Shown here in pieces: positions 49,727 through 64,000 of a stretch of DNA of 64,000 nt. Source of the stretch: Octopus vulgaris (taxonomy: Eukaryota); contig OX597817.1 of assembly GCA_951406725.2 (NCBI GenBank), forward strand, positions 63,364,001 to 63,428,000, written 5' to 3'. The position numbers were made by a program, and so were the translations under genes. Below the pieces are notes generated by a model. It made no database searches. It had not been told where the DNA came from and was given only the letters and a program-made list of their open reading frames with translations. Position 1 is the first letter of the stretch, and every line of letters begins with the position of its first letter.

Positions 49727-52238
49727 TGATTTAAGCTTAATTTAAGTCCTTCACGGGAACCACGAAAGGAGCACTCCAACTTCAAACAATTCTATTATCA
49801 CTATGCTAAACTAAACAATATATATTAGTATGATCATAGATCTTTAAGCATCCGATGAAAGGGTTCGTTAAAAATAGCTTTGTTTTTTACATTCAACTTC
49901 TCTTTATCCATCATCTTCAATAATACTTTTCGTTAAAAACTCCACAACAGTAATGCCGTTAACTAGATGGAAAGTATTTTGAATGTATGATAGATATTTG
50001 ATTCATATATTACTTTCTTTATATTCTATGCATTATTTTAAAAGAGGCGATATGTTTTAGTACACGAAAGCTTTCAAAATATGTTTAAATATCTTTTGTT
50101 TAATCCGTTGAATGGTACAAAACTTATAGAGGCAACAGTAATTGAAACGTTTAACTCTGAGTCAAGTTCAAATTCTATTTCTATATTAACCTTATTTCTG
50201 AGTTGTTCAAGAATGGAGTTTCTTTACAAAGTATCTTTCCTGAAATCACTAGCTACATCCCTGATAATAATATTCTATTATTATAATGTTATTAAAAGCT
50301 TGAAACGCTATCGTTACAGTTAAGATAAAACATCATTTATAGTATATGAAATCAGATAAAAACCACTCGAAAGCGTTACAAGTCACGGAGATATTGGCAA
50401 CAAAGATCCCGACCTCAATAACCAGCGTAAATGCTTACAACTTACAACATTATAAATTATTTCTAAGTACCCTTATAATTCTCCTTGTCTACTTCCAATC
50501 GAGCGAAAATAGAAGACCAACTTGTAAAACTACAGCTTCACAAGTCTTCTTGACGTCAAATAATCTCCATACGTTAATTTCATGCGAAATCTCAATTGAT
50601 ATCTGATAAATTATACTTGCTTCGACACGAAAATCATGTTATTGTTATGTAGAAGAAGTCAGATAGAAATCAACTATGGCTTATCGTGTCTTATCAACTG
50701 ATTTGAGATTTCATCGCTGCTATTTGTCAATCAGAAGTACTAAACAGTTCAAATTACTGGTTGTCAACTTCACTGTTTCTGCTGTCATATTCTCTGTAAT
50801 TACTACTAAAAAACATCGAAGTAACATATATGTGAAATCTATATTTTGAAAATCTGCCAATGTTTTACAGCTTTTCTATATTTCTGAATGATTGCAGTTG
50901 TATTAAATAAATCACATTCAATTTCGATAATTCGTTGTTTTTTTTTTACTTTTCCATTTGTATTTTGCCAAAGACCGCCAACTTTTATTATAAGTCAAAA
51001 TGAAAAGTAGTAAACTTTACACCAATATGGATGTATATAATTAAAAGCGAGCGCTTTTGTTATGGCTAATGAGAAAATTCAATTCACCAGAGGCTTTGTT
51101 CCGAGAAAATATGTTTAGTTTACGAATCATTATAGTAAAGATAACTCCCAAAAGTACAAAATATTTAATGAATTCTACAACATTCTTCACACATGACATT
51201 TATATTTACTTTTCCAAATGTGTATTTTGCACTTACCACTTTTTTTTACGCCACAAGGACGTATAATGTAAATATAATAAATGAGCGTTTTTTTTTTTTG
51301 CAGTTGATGCTCTCAGAATTATTTAATTCTTAGACAATACATGAAGCGATCGTCTCGTTGCTATGGTCACTTCATGGTTGAATGAAGGAAAACTATTTGT
51401 TTTTGTGGTCTTCATTTTAAACCTGTGTCGTGTGAGAAAAGCACAGCTGAATGCTATTCAAGAGCGCATCCACGTAAGAGAAAAACCGATAAAACTTAAA
51501 CATTTAACGGATGTAACGACACGGTCAGAATATTTAATTATATCTAAGACATAACAAGATATATATTCACTACTAGATATTTGAGAATGTCTGAAGTAAA
51601 TCTTTATTCATGAGTATCAACATTCACAGTTTCAATGCAATTAGAAGAAAACGGAGACTTTGTTGCCAAAGTTTCTTTTCGCTTTTTAGCCCCAGGTTAA
51701 ATCTGAATGGAGCAAGAACGATGTTCAAAAGCGTTCTAGCAATGACTTCCAGAAAATGCATCTAGAACGACATTATTCAACATGTATATTTTTTTATCGT
51801 GGCATGATGGGAATTTGTAGTAAATTTGGTGGCTATTTCTAAGTTTAAGTAAATATTGAATATAACAAGGTATTTAAGGAAAAAAAAATAAATGATAAAT
51901 CTTCGTGGTGGTTGTGTAAAATTAAACACCTGTGACTAAGATCAAAAGAAGAAATAACTAACAAAATAGTTTCTAATTTAGAAACAAGGCCAGCAATTTC
52001 GAGGGAGGGCGTGTCGATAAAATCGATCCCAAAACTTGACTGTTACCTTATTTTATCAACTACGAAAATATAAAAGCGAAGTTAACCTTGGCAAGATTTG
52101 AACTCAGAACGCAACTGAAAATACATAAATAAAAGTTGTGTTAAATACTGTACAGTGTTGTACCGGGCGCTTTAATGACTCTATCAACTCTCCGTCTTAA
52201 ACCCCTAGTAGCTATTAATAATATAATATTATCATATT

Positions 52239-52614
52239 AGGGTGGCAAGCTGGCAGAAACGTTAGCACGCCGGGCGAAATACGTAGCGGTATTTCGTCTG
52301 CCGTTGCGTTCTGAGTTCAAATTCCGCCGAGGTCGACTTTGCCTTTCATCCTTTCGGGGTCGATAAATTAAGTACCAGTTACGCACTGGGGTCGATGTAA
52401 TCGACTTAATCCGTTTGTCTGTCCTTGTTTGTCCCCTCTGTGTTTAGCCTCTTGTGGGTAGTAAAGAAATATGTATTTCGTCTGCCGTTACGTTCTGAGT
52501 TCGAATTCCACCGAGGGCGACTTTACCTTTCATCGTTTCGGGGTCGATTAAATAAGTACCAGTCACGCATGTAATCGACTTAATCCCTTTGTCTGTCCTT
52601 GTTTGTCTCCTCTA
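52239..52614 (+). mobile_element. Dimeric SINE A
   Basis: Same dimer junction (gaaata.. tatttcgtctgc) as 31624-32029. Confidence 0.9.
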
Positions 52615-52847
52615 TTGAATGGAAAAAATTTTAATTCTGATGAAGACGTGAAAACTTTCTTGGAAACTTTTTTTGCTAATAAAGAACCTAAATTCTTCGA
52701 ACAGAGTATTAAAAATCTACCCAATAGGTGGCGAAAGGTTATAGAAGCAAATGGTAACTATTCTATTGATTAAATACACTTTTCACAATTGTTTACTTTG
52801 TTTTGATTTTCACCTAAAAAAACCAACGGACTTTTTGGCCAACCCAA
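52615..52847 (+). mobile_element. Mariner 3' fragment with right TIR
   Basis: LNGKNFNSDEDVK..LPNRWRKVIEANGNYSID*, then ..ttggccaacccaa|TA. Confidence 0.85.
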
Positions 52848-52868
52848 TATTTCAACAATGCGGAAATG

Positions 52869-53880
52869 TTATTCATCAAAGTAAGTACCATTACAATCAA
52901 CACATCTCTGCCAACGAGTTACAAGTTTGTTTACTTCGGTAACATAAAAACCTGGAGTTGTGGAGCTGATGAACTCTTTGAAAGCACTTCCAGCATCAGC
53001 TTGATTTTTGAACTCCTTGTCTCGCAGGAAGACATCAAGGTGCTTGAAAAAGTTAGTCGGTAGGAGAAAGGTCTGGAGAATAAGCTGGGTGGGGAAAAAC
53101 TTCGTAGCCAAGTTCCCTCAACTTCTGGAGCGTCATTAATGAAACGCGTGGTCGAGCAATGTCATGAAGAATGATTGGCCCTCTTCTGTTGACCAGTCTG
53201 GGATGGAGGAGTAGCAGTTTTTCGTTCATTTTGTCAATTCCATGGCAATATGTTTCTGCAGTAATGGTTTTTCTGAGTTTTGAGAAGTTATAGGGGATGA
53301 GTTCATCAGTACATCACCAAACCGTCACCATAACATACATTTTGAAGAGCTCTGGTTTAGGGAAGGTTTTCGGTGCTTCATGTTGGTCTAACCACTGCGA
53401 AAAACGTTTTTTATTATTGTACAGAAGCCACTTTTCATCGCAAGTTACAATACGGTATAGAAATGGATCAGTCTGGTTACGGAGAAGAAGCGACGAGCAA
53501 ATTTCATATCTGCGCATTTTCTGATTTTCATTCAAATCGTGTGGTACCCATTTGTCGATCGTATGCAAATAGTTGCAGGCAGTTTTCTGGCTAACTTGAA
53601 GTTCTTTTGCCATTTCTCGAGTGGTTTTACGTGGCTCTTTCTCAATGATGGTCTTTAATTGACCGTCATCGATGACAGATGGGCGTCCACTACGCTCACG
53701 CTCTTCACGGCTCAGGTCTCCACTGCGAAATCGTTTAAATCATTTTCGAGATGACCACTCACTGGTCATTTCTTCACCAAAAGTTTCGTTGATATCGCGA
53801 GCAGTTTCAGCTGCTTTATGTCCTTTTCTGAAGTCGAATAGCAAAATTGTTCGAATATCGCACTTTGACAGTTCTATTTC
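52869..53880 (-). pseudogene. Mariner transposase pseudogene (Hsmar1/cecropia-like), TIRs not seen
   Basis: LFDFRKGHKAAETARDIN, RSGRP, KWVPHDL, IVTCDEKW, VMVTVW, RWQRCVDCNGTYFD; frameshifted. Confidence 0.9.
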
Positions 53881-53887
53881 ATATGAT

Positions 53888-55600
53888 TGTAACAACGATT
53901 TCCTTATTGTCCACTTGGGGCCAAACATAGAGGGACAGTACATACGGTTGTACGTATGGTTTTTACGCAGAGGTGAAAAATTAAAAACTTTTATAAATCG
54001 AATGATAAACAAATGATAAGGAAAACAAATATACAAACAATGAAGTGGGGGATGGGTTTTTGCTTCGACCCTGCAAGTCCTGTGCCATCACTTTAACCTT
54101 TAGTATAACCTTATGGATACACTATGTGAGTTCATTCATTCGCAACAAATTCGCCACAGTCTTCCATCTTTTTGCATATACATCAGGTAACAGGCATTTT
54201 CTCTCCACCTTTATTTTCTTTTTTGCATCTAGTCTGTACCTATCTGCCAGCTGAAATCGACTGAGCAGATTACTGAAGCACGGGTTTCCCCTCCTATCAG
54301 TAGACAAGCCAACGTAATCTACGCGTGCATTGCAGATTACGTTAAAGTCACCTAACATTACTATGGTGTGAGAAGTCCCGAGAAACTTCTCCAGGCCTCG
54401 AAAAAAAATCATGCTGTCCAGTTTCCTTGGGAGCGTAGACAGCTACCAGCCTGAAGACTTTACTTCTGCTTAGTGTCACTTCAAGGACGACCAACCTACC
54501 TTCCGAGTCGATGAAGATAGTTCTCTCCTGGAGAAATAATTTTCTCGTAGCCATTTAGGAGGGGGAACACCGTCGACTACTCAGTCTGGACTCTGTGACA
54601 ACCACTATATCCGTCCTATGCGACCTGAGGTAATTCAGGAAACGATCTTGTTTCCATTCTGTCCCCAGGCCGCGTACATTTAAACATCCAACATAAAGCG
54701 TATCCATAACGTTGTACTCACGGTTGGAGATGTGGTAGCACTACCATCTCATTCATTTGGTCTTTCATCCGGGTCTTGCAGGCTGTCATTGACTAAGCCC
54801 TCAAACATTAGTGGGGAAACGTCTTTCCTAAGAGGGCCTATGTCATTTTAAAATCGGTTTGCTAACCTATTATAGTTAGCCCTATCTATCTTATAAATTT
54901 CTATATTCTGGGGGATGTTTTTCCCCTCAAAGTTTTTTGTGATGCTGGCCGCATAGGGCACGTCTTTCAATTACTGCAATAGTGACTTATTAGTCGTCAC
55001 AACTACAGCACAATCTATGTCTAGATGAGAGGGGGACATTTCGGGCTTTGATTTTTTGGTGGTTGTGTTTTATTGGTTGTTGTTTTTATGTTTTGTTGTA
55101 GGGATAGTGGAGTTGGATGGAGAAGGTAGTTAACTTTTTTTCCTGGAGAGTATCTTCCATCCTTCGCCTTTGGCTCCTTACATTTCCTCTTCCTCTGTTT
55201 CATTTTCAGATGTTTTCTCACTTGATTTTCGACAGGTGGGGGAATCGCTGCTCTTTCGCGGGGAGGTTGGCACTCGGCCCGAACGTGGCCTTTTTGGCCA
55301 TACTTGTAGCAACGAGGCTTCCTCCTCCCTGCCATGACTCTCAGCTTAGTCTCCCCCACCTGTATAGAATCCATGATATTTTCTAAATTGGCAGGGGCTG
55401 CATGTATAATGATCTTGAGCCCTGCCAATTTTGCAATTCCAGCACTTGGGCTTGGAGGATTGTGATTTTATCCCCCAAGCCGTTTATTATGGCTGCCACC
55501 AGCCAAGCGGGGTCTACTTCGGGTGGGATTTCTCCTCCGATCTTGGAAATCTGCCTTCCAAGATAAGTAGATAGGAGTACCACCTCCGCCGTTTTTAATG
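53888..55600 (-). mobile_element. Tx1/L1-like LINE with internal deletion of the RT domain
   Basis: ORF1 remnants with a zinc knuckle (CYKYGQKGHVRAEC). ORF2 ATG at 54707: MDTLYVGCLNVRGL..VTESR..GRLVV..AVYAP..LGDFN, joined near 54224 to the C-terminus KKKIKVER..KRWKTVA. 3' UTR runs to ~53890. Confidence 0.8.
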
Positions 55601-56648
55601 GTGTCGTCGACGCTTTTTTCGCTTTTTCCTCCGATGTTCATACACACTGAAACACAGTGAAACGTGTAGGAAGACAACACAACTACACATAAGCATTCAA
55701 CATGCATAGATGCATCAACACACACACATGTACATTTATGAACATAAACAGACAACAACTGAAAAAAATTTGAAATGCGAACTGTTTATTGTAGTATTGC
55801 ATTATGTAATGTCTTTGTTTAAGATGTACTGTTTTTCTTTAGTAATCCAGATCGTTTAGATATTTTGTGAAATAATTATATTTTAGTAAGGAGTAACCTG
55901 TAGAAAAATATCTTTCTTTCGCTTATCGAGTTGGCAGAATCGTTAGAGCGTTGAAAAAAAAAACAACTCAGTGTTAAAATTTTATGGTTTGTAAGATTGC
56001 CCATTAAAACTGTGAGTTGGTAGAACCGTCAGCACATAGGACAAAATGCTTAGCGGCATTTGTTCCGGTCTTATGTTCTGAATTCAAATCTCTCCTAGGT
56101 CAACTTTGCCTTTCAATCTTTCGGGGTCGATAAAATAAAGTACCGGGGGTCGACTACATCCCTCTCTTCAATATTGTTGGCCTTGTACTTATACCAGAAA
56201 TCATTATTTTAGTGGGTTTTTTTCTTAGTTAATAAATTTCTACTTTACCACATAGTTATAACTTTCCTTTAAAATATTCTTCATAATTAACCACATCCTG
56301 GAAACATATTATTCATCTGGATATTGTTTGATATATATATCATCATATATTCATTCTGAAATCTCTCTGTAATGCGCAGATGGTTTGCTGCCATCGACTT
56401 TCTAAGACCATTTTCAGAGCATAGTGACAGAAGTACGTAGAACGTTAGAGAATGGAAGTGTTCGTAGTTTTGAAAATTGGTTAAACATCTCTTGGGAGCG
56501 GTGTCATTTTTTTCTAATAAATGTATGTTTTTGAATGATATTCACATATCCAACGAAAACAACAAAATCAAGAGCGAGTATTGATAGCAGACATTGTTGC
56601 CTCTAAAAAAAAAATGTTTATACATACCTACATACATACATACATACA

Positions 56649-56705
<57 letters not shown>

Positions 56706-56708
<3 letters not shown>

Positions 56709-57041
56709 AAAGACCCCCTTCGGTCATGAATGACCATGGGATTGCACCTAGAAAGTTACCCTCCAAGGCACAAGTCCGGGCAAGGTTGTTTATGGAAGGC
56801 CAGCAGTCGCCCATGCATACCAGCCTCCCCTCTCCACGCCACCAGTGTTAACCAAGGGAAAGACAAAGGTCGATAGAGCTTGGCACCAGTGACGTCGCAA
56901 CTCATTTCTACACTTGAGTGAACTGGAGCAACGTGAAATAAAGTGCCTTGCTCGAGAACACAACACGCAGCCCGGTCCGGGATTCGAGCTCACAACCTCA
57001 CGATCGTAAGCTCGACGCTCTAACCACCGAGCCATGCGCCT
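56706..57041 (-). mobile_element. SINE family C with tRNA(Arg-ACG)-like head
   Basis: ggcgcatggctcggtggttagagcgtcgagcttACGatcgtgaggttgtgagctcgaatccc, containing A and B boxes; inserted in (TA)n. Confidence 0.8.
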
Positions 57042-57060
57042 TCATATATATATATATATG

Positions 57061-58121
<1,061 letters not shown>

Positions 58122-58726
58122 AGCAATATTAAATCTCTGAACGGGATATAAACAGTAGCAACACGACATTGTGAAGTATATTTGCCACCTAAATGTGGCT
58201 GACTCATAAGGGACGTATATATATAAATACACAATAAACAGACACATACATACAGAAATATGTATATGAATATATATGTACGTTTAAATATAAACATTAC
58301 ATCCAACTTAACATGGGCGCCTTGTTAGAAAACCAACTACTGCGTTATGAGCCTTAGGAGAGCCTCTCATTACGCCTTTGACGCATAAAAGCACACCTAG
58401 ATCGTAGCAGATAGAATTTGTCTGTCATGGGCGCAGTAATTCCCATATTATCGCATGCCAGTCGAATCTTGCTGCTACGATATATGAAACATCAGCATCT
58501 TTTTAGACGTTGATGTCGAAAATAGCCAGTAGGCTCATCAAAAATTAATTATTAGCGACAGAAGCAGTATTAACACCAAAAGACAAACATTGTCTATAAA
58601 TGTGTAATGTGTGTCTATAAAGGAACACACGTTACAAGACAGTCACGTTAAGTTTGTCATAATACTTACGTCGCTAATAACTAATATATAAATCATATAC
58701 ATACACACACACATACATGCATGCAT

Positions 58727-58759
<33 letters not shown>

Positions 58760-58795
58760 CATACACACATACATATATAATAATAATATATAATG

Positions 58796-58874
<79 letters not shown>

Positions 58875-58879
<5 letters not shown>

Positions 58880-58995
58880 ATCCAAACAGGAACAAAGAGA
58901 AAACACAACAACGCGAGGAAAGGAAAGAAAGAAGGAGGTTCTAACGTTTCGAGCGGAGCTCTTCGTCAGAAACATAGAAAAAGGAAAGGACCATC

Positions 58996-58996
<1 letters not shown>
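58875..58996 (-). mobile_element. Penelope-like pLTR fragment with minimal hammerhead (58938-58973)
   Basis: Minus strand gttt-CTGACGA-a-gagc-tcc-gctc-GAAAcgtt-aga; (TA)n on both sides; homologous to 39890-40080. Confidence 0.65.
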
Positions 58997-59053
<57 letters not shown>

Positions 59054-59159
59054 CATACATATACATATATATATATGTATAAACATACACGCACACACAC
59101 AGACACACATACACATATACAGATATATATATGTATAGACATACAATCGTATATACATG

Positions 59160-59217
<58 letters not shown>

Positions 59218-59872
59218 AGCATCAATGCATTAGTTTTAAAACTTGTTACCTTACTCATAGCTTAAGAAGCTAACAAAATAATAGATAAAAGAAATCATGG
59301 TGGGATTTCAGATGTAAAGGCTACTGTCTAACCGTTGTACTTTCCCTGTGTAGTAGCTTTCGTGACATAAAATTTCCTAATCAAGCTTCCCTCCAAAGAT
59401 TTTACTGCAATATCTTCCCCACTGAATTTCTTGCTTGAAGCCTTCGAATACTGTAATAATTTCTCCTGTCTTTATTTCGTTTTTCCTCCCTGTATTTTTC
59501 TCTCTCAAACAATGCTGTTCTGCCTGTATTTTTGTACCTCTTTCTCTCTTTTCTCGATCTTTTCTCTCTCTATCTCCCCAAAACGTTCTGTGGCGTGATT
59601 GCATCGGTTTCTTTCCTTTTGTCTCTCTCTATCATTCTTTCCACCAGTTCCACGCACTGGCTCAACGGATAATTTTAATGATTGAATAAAGTGTTTATAA
59701 TTACTTTCAAAGAATTAAATAAGCAACAATAAAGTAATAAAATATGCTTTTTAACAACACAAACGAAAAAGTCCATGTAAACTGTTTAACACCTTAAAAC
59801 TGACGTTTCAGCATGAAATACCTTACACATTAGCTTGGAAAATAAAGATCATCAAATAAAACATAATATAAT

Positions 59873-59933
<61 letters not shown>

Positions 59934-60147
59934 GATATTTATTCGTACATAAATATGTAAATATATATATATATATATAAATAAATACATGTATTATATA
60001 TGTATACATACATATACATATGTATATGTATAAACACACACGCACACACACACACATATATGTATACAGATATATATGTATAGACATAAATTCGTAACAT
60101 ATATATATACATACATACATATATACATACATACATACATACATACA

Positions 60148-60223
<76 letters not shown>

Positions 60224-61086
60224 TCTATATATGTATACATATATAATCTTGTGCTCGAGTAAATGCATATTTCTTAATAATCTATCTCCAACACTTATGC
60301 AAGCCCTTCATCATTCTCACACAACTTACTTTCCAAGACACATACACACGTGCGTGCGTGAACATAACACACACCACATGTACACACGCCAGCACACCAC
60401 ACACATACACACACAGAATCTCACGCACACGCACCACACACTCATACGCACATGTCTACACAACTAACACCCACGCGCATGCACAAATATTCATAGTCGA
60501 CAAATATTCATGTAGACAGATGAATACACAGACATATAGTCAACTATCAATACATTTTATACAACACCTTGTCAAAGACGCAAACACAGTCACACATATA
60601 CACATACACACGCACATATACGCACACACACACACACATATACATACACACACGGACCCTCACTGGCACCCATATACATATACAGTCGTAAATACGCACA
60701 TGCCATCCTGTATAACTGGAATAAGAACAACAACTTGCTATATACCGATAGGTATATAGTAAGTTAATAATATCTCAATAATAATGTAATTTAGCCAATT
60801 CTCCCGAAAGCCAATGGAACGTTAATCGCGACTCAAAGAATTTAATGGAGCACGCCATTTGCAGGACACATCCATAAATGCTAAGTTATTCTTCTTTCCA
60901 TTTCGTAGACCTTCTATCGTGTTCTGGTTCCTTGTTCTTTCAGAAATGCTACTAGTAAAACCCCATCCATCTTCACACTTTCATCAGATCTAAACAAATT
61001 GTGTTGGTTCGAGAAAAAAAAAAAGCAACAAAAATCGAAATAAACCAAACAGATTACTTTGTTGCTATCAACGAAGAACTTCTAAT

Positions 61087-61530
61087 GTCTTCTTCTTCTT
61101 CTTCTTCTTCTTCTTCTTCTTCTTCTTCTTCTTCTTCTTCTTCTTCTTCTTCTTCTTGTTCTTCTTCTTCTTCTTCTTCTTCTTCTTCTTCTTCTTCTTC
61201 TTCTTCTTCTTCTTCTGCCTCCTCCTCCTCCTCCTCCTCCTCCTCCTCCTCCTCCTACCTTCCTCTTCTACCTCCCATCCCCTTCTACTTTCCCTCTTTC
61301 TCTCCCGCCTCTACTTTTTCTTCCACACTCCACTTCCTCCTCCGCCCCTCCTCTTCCTCTACCATCCCTCCTTCTCCTCGTCCTCTCCCTTCTCCACCCC
61401 TCTTCGTTCTTTGTCATCATCATCATCGTTATCGTTGTCATCATCATCATCGTCATCGTTACCACCACCACCACCACGTCTTCCTCCTTCTCCATCTTTT
61501 CCTCCACCTTCTCCTCGTCCTCTTCCTCCT
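61087..61530. repeat. Pyrimidine-rich low-complexity tract (TCT)n(CCT)n(CAT)n
   Basis: Direct reading. Confidence 0.9.
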
Positions 61531-61820
61531 CTCACTGTCTTACACACTATAAATATATTCTTACAAAGCATAGAATGGTGTTTCCTGTTGACATTTCTTT
61601 CAAAAATTTGCAGTGTTTTGGTCTTTCAATATCCCAAAAGTATTTCACTCGCACGTTTCTACGCAATCCTTGAGAAACTTAACGTTACTGCTATTATTGT
61701 GAATGTTGTTAAGCATAAAGTGTTAAACAGAGAGGCCAGTTGGAAGATAATACATAAATATATAGTTAGGTAGTTGGATACATACATACAAACATACATA
61801 TATACATATATACATATATA

Positions 61821-61870
<50 letters not shown>

Positions 61871-62554
61871 CATATATATATATATATATACATACATACA
61901 CATATGACTACATATATATAAATAGATAGATAGATAAATAGATAGATGGATGGATGGAAGGATGGATGGACATAGATGAATAGATGGTTGCCCAGGTGGA
62001 TAGACAGATAGAAGCGTGAATGATCAGATAAATAGATGGATGAATTAAAGAACAGCTAGATAGATGGACAGGTAGATGTTTAGATAGATCGATTGATAAA
62101 AAGAAGGAGGAATGGATAAAAAGATGATAGATAGATAAATAAACTAACAGACAGAGAGTTAGATAGATGGAAGGGTGGCTGGATGTGGATGGATAGATGA
62201 ATGGTTGGATAAGTGAGTAGATGGATGGGTAGATGGATAGACCTTCATAGATAGCTAGAGAGATTGATAGATGGTTTGATTGATAGACTGACAGAAAGAC
62301 AGACAGGCAGACAGATCGGTAGGTACAAAGATAGATTGGTAGATAGATAGGTATATAGACGAATGGCTGGCTGGATAAACGTGGAGATATGCAAACAGAT
62401 AAATAGATAGATGGGTAGATAGATAGAAAGATAGATAAACAGATAAGTATGTATGTATGTTTGTATGGAATGGGCAGAAGAAATTAAGAAAGATACACAG
62501 ACACACACATACATAGAGTGAGTGTGAGATATATATTCATATATATATATATAT

Positions 62555-62597
<43 letters not shown>

Positions 62598-62651
62598 GTG
62601 TGTGTATAATATATGTATAATATATATATATATATATATGTGTGTGTATAA

Positions 62652-62701
<50 letters not shown>

Positions 62702-63262
62702 TAGATAGATAGATAGATAGATAACAAAAGAAAAATGTTTTGTTCTTAACAGTCTTATTTGTAGGAAAGAAGAAAGTAGAAAGTGGATGAAATTCGGATC
62801 AGGTTTAACTTGTTCCGAGATTAGATTTATTAAGCATTATCAACGTATATTTGGCATTACATGTTGTGCCAAAGAGTGAATTTATACATCGGCAACATCA
62901 ATTCCACTTCACATTCGAGAATATATCAAATGTAGCCAGCATCTGAAAATCAAACAACCACTCTACTTTCTATCACACGGCAATCCAAAATGTCAGATGA
63001 GATATATGTTTGCGACACACAAGAAAGCAGGTCGACTATGTTATGCCTAAAGTACACAAATTGCCTGACAGTTTATAGACTAAGAACAATTAGCTTAACA
63101 CGTCGACTTTTTACTTTATTCGATTATGTGGTCCTAGATGTAGTATAGCTGAAAATAATGTGGTAGTGTCATGGCTGGACCACCTTTGATCACGGGTCTG
63201 CTCGACCAGGGTTGGTATTGATCTAAACAGTAACAACGAGTGGAAGTGTTATGTATGTATAC

Positions 63263-63484
63263 TCTTTTACTTGTTTCAGTCATGTGACTGTGGCTATGCT
63301 GGAGCACTGCTTTTAGTCGAGCAAATCGACCCCAGGACTTATTCTTTGTAAGCCTAGTACTTATTCTATCGTTCTCTTTTGCCGAACCGCTAAGTTACGG
63401 GGACGTAAACACACCAGCATCGGTTGTCAAGCGACGTTGGGGGTGGGGACAAACACAGACACACAAACATACACACACACATAC

Positions 63485-63533
<49 letters not shown>

Positions 63534-63645
63534 TATGACGGTCTTCTTTCAGTTTCCGTCTCCCAAATCCATTCACAAGTGGGACTGAACCCGGAACCAT
63601 GTGGTTCGTAACCAAGCTACTTACCACACAGCCACTCCTACGCCT
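63263..63645 (-). mobile_element. SINE family B
   Basis: Family B head and tail, with a small internal deletion. Confidence 0.9.
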
Positions 63646-64000
63646 GTGTATGTATGTATGTTTGTATGTATGTATGTATGTATGTGGGATTGTCACGAAA
63701 CAGTGCCAGGTTTGTTGAGTTTATTGCTATAATATAATGTATTGTAGTGTACTATGCCAGTTATATTATATTGTTCACACACACACACGAATATATATAA
63801 ATTTATCTTAAAAGCAGAAAAGCATAAATTTCACATATTTTTCATACATTGGTTCTGTTCAACAGCTGTTTCATTAATATAACATCTGCCAAGTGTATAA
63901 TTACTTAATTATAATACATAATAAATAATTGAATTAAATTAAATTGAATTTAAAGCAGTGTCTGCCCAAATCATCAGCAATATTGTGTTATGTTAATCAG

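Noticed and set aside
56970-57041. Functional tRNA-Arg gene
   Set aside because: The acceptor stem does not close, and the head continues into a SINE body.
61001-61773. 183-205 aa poly-Ser/Phe/Pro/His ORFs
   Set aside because: Trinucleotide low-complexity tract with no domain signal.

Overview
AT-rich, microsatellite-laden eukaryotic DNA that is almost entirely transposon-derived. The tRNA-derived SINE families and repeat landscape point to an octopus or other coleoid cephalopod genome (inference). No host protein-coding gene can be identified with confidence, and most ORFs in the supplied track are microsatellite artefacts. Retroelement content: a nearly intact CR1-like LINE (45.2-49.5 kb; PHD-finger ORF1, APE+RT ORF2), fragments of R4/Dong-like, Tx1/L1-like and a second CR1-like LINE, three SINE families, four copies of a ~555-bp non-coding element in (TAA)n, and a 28S rRNA-derived insert. 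DNA-element content: four mariner copies, a pogo/Tc2 derivative, and hAT, piggyBac, Helitron and Helentron MITEs. The most notable signals are RNA-level. (1) A 469-nt tandem-plus-inverted element at 57.2-58.0 kb carries a type I hammerhead ribozyme fold, and its inverted copy ends at the predicted cleavage site; two further families carry minimal hammerheads. (2) A G GGA AAU slippery heptamer joins ORF1 to an ATG-less, -1-frame ORF2 in the intact LINE. (3) Two SINE/LINE pairs share 3' tails, one with a compensatorily conserved stem-loop. (4) A 28S fragment is fused to a LINE-like tail. All alignments and folds were done by eye; boundaries of decayed repeats are approximate.
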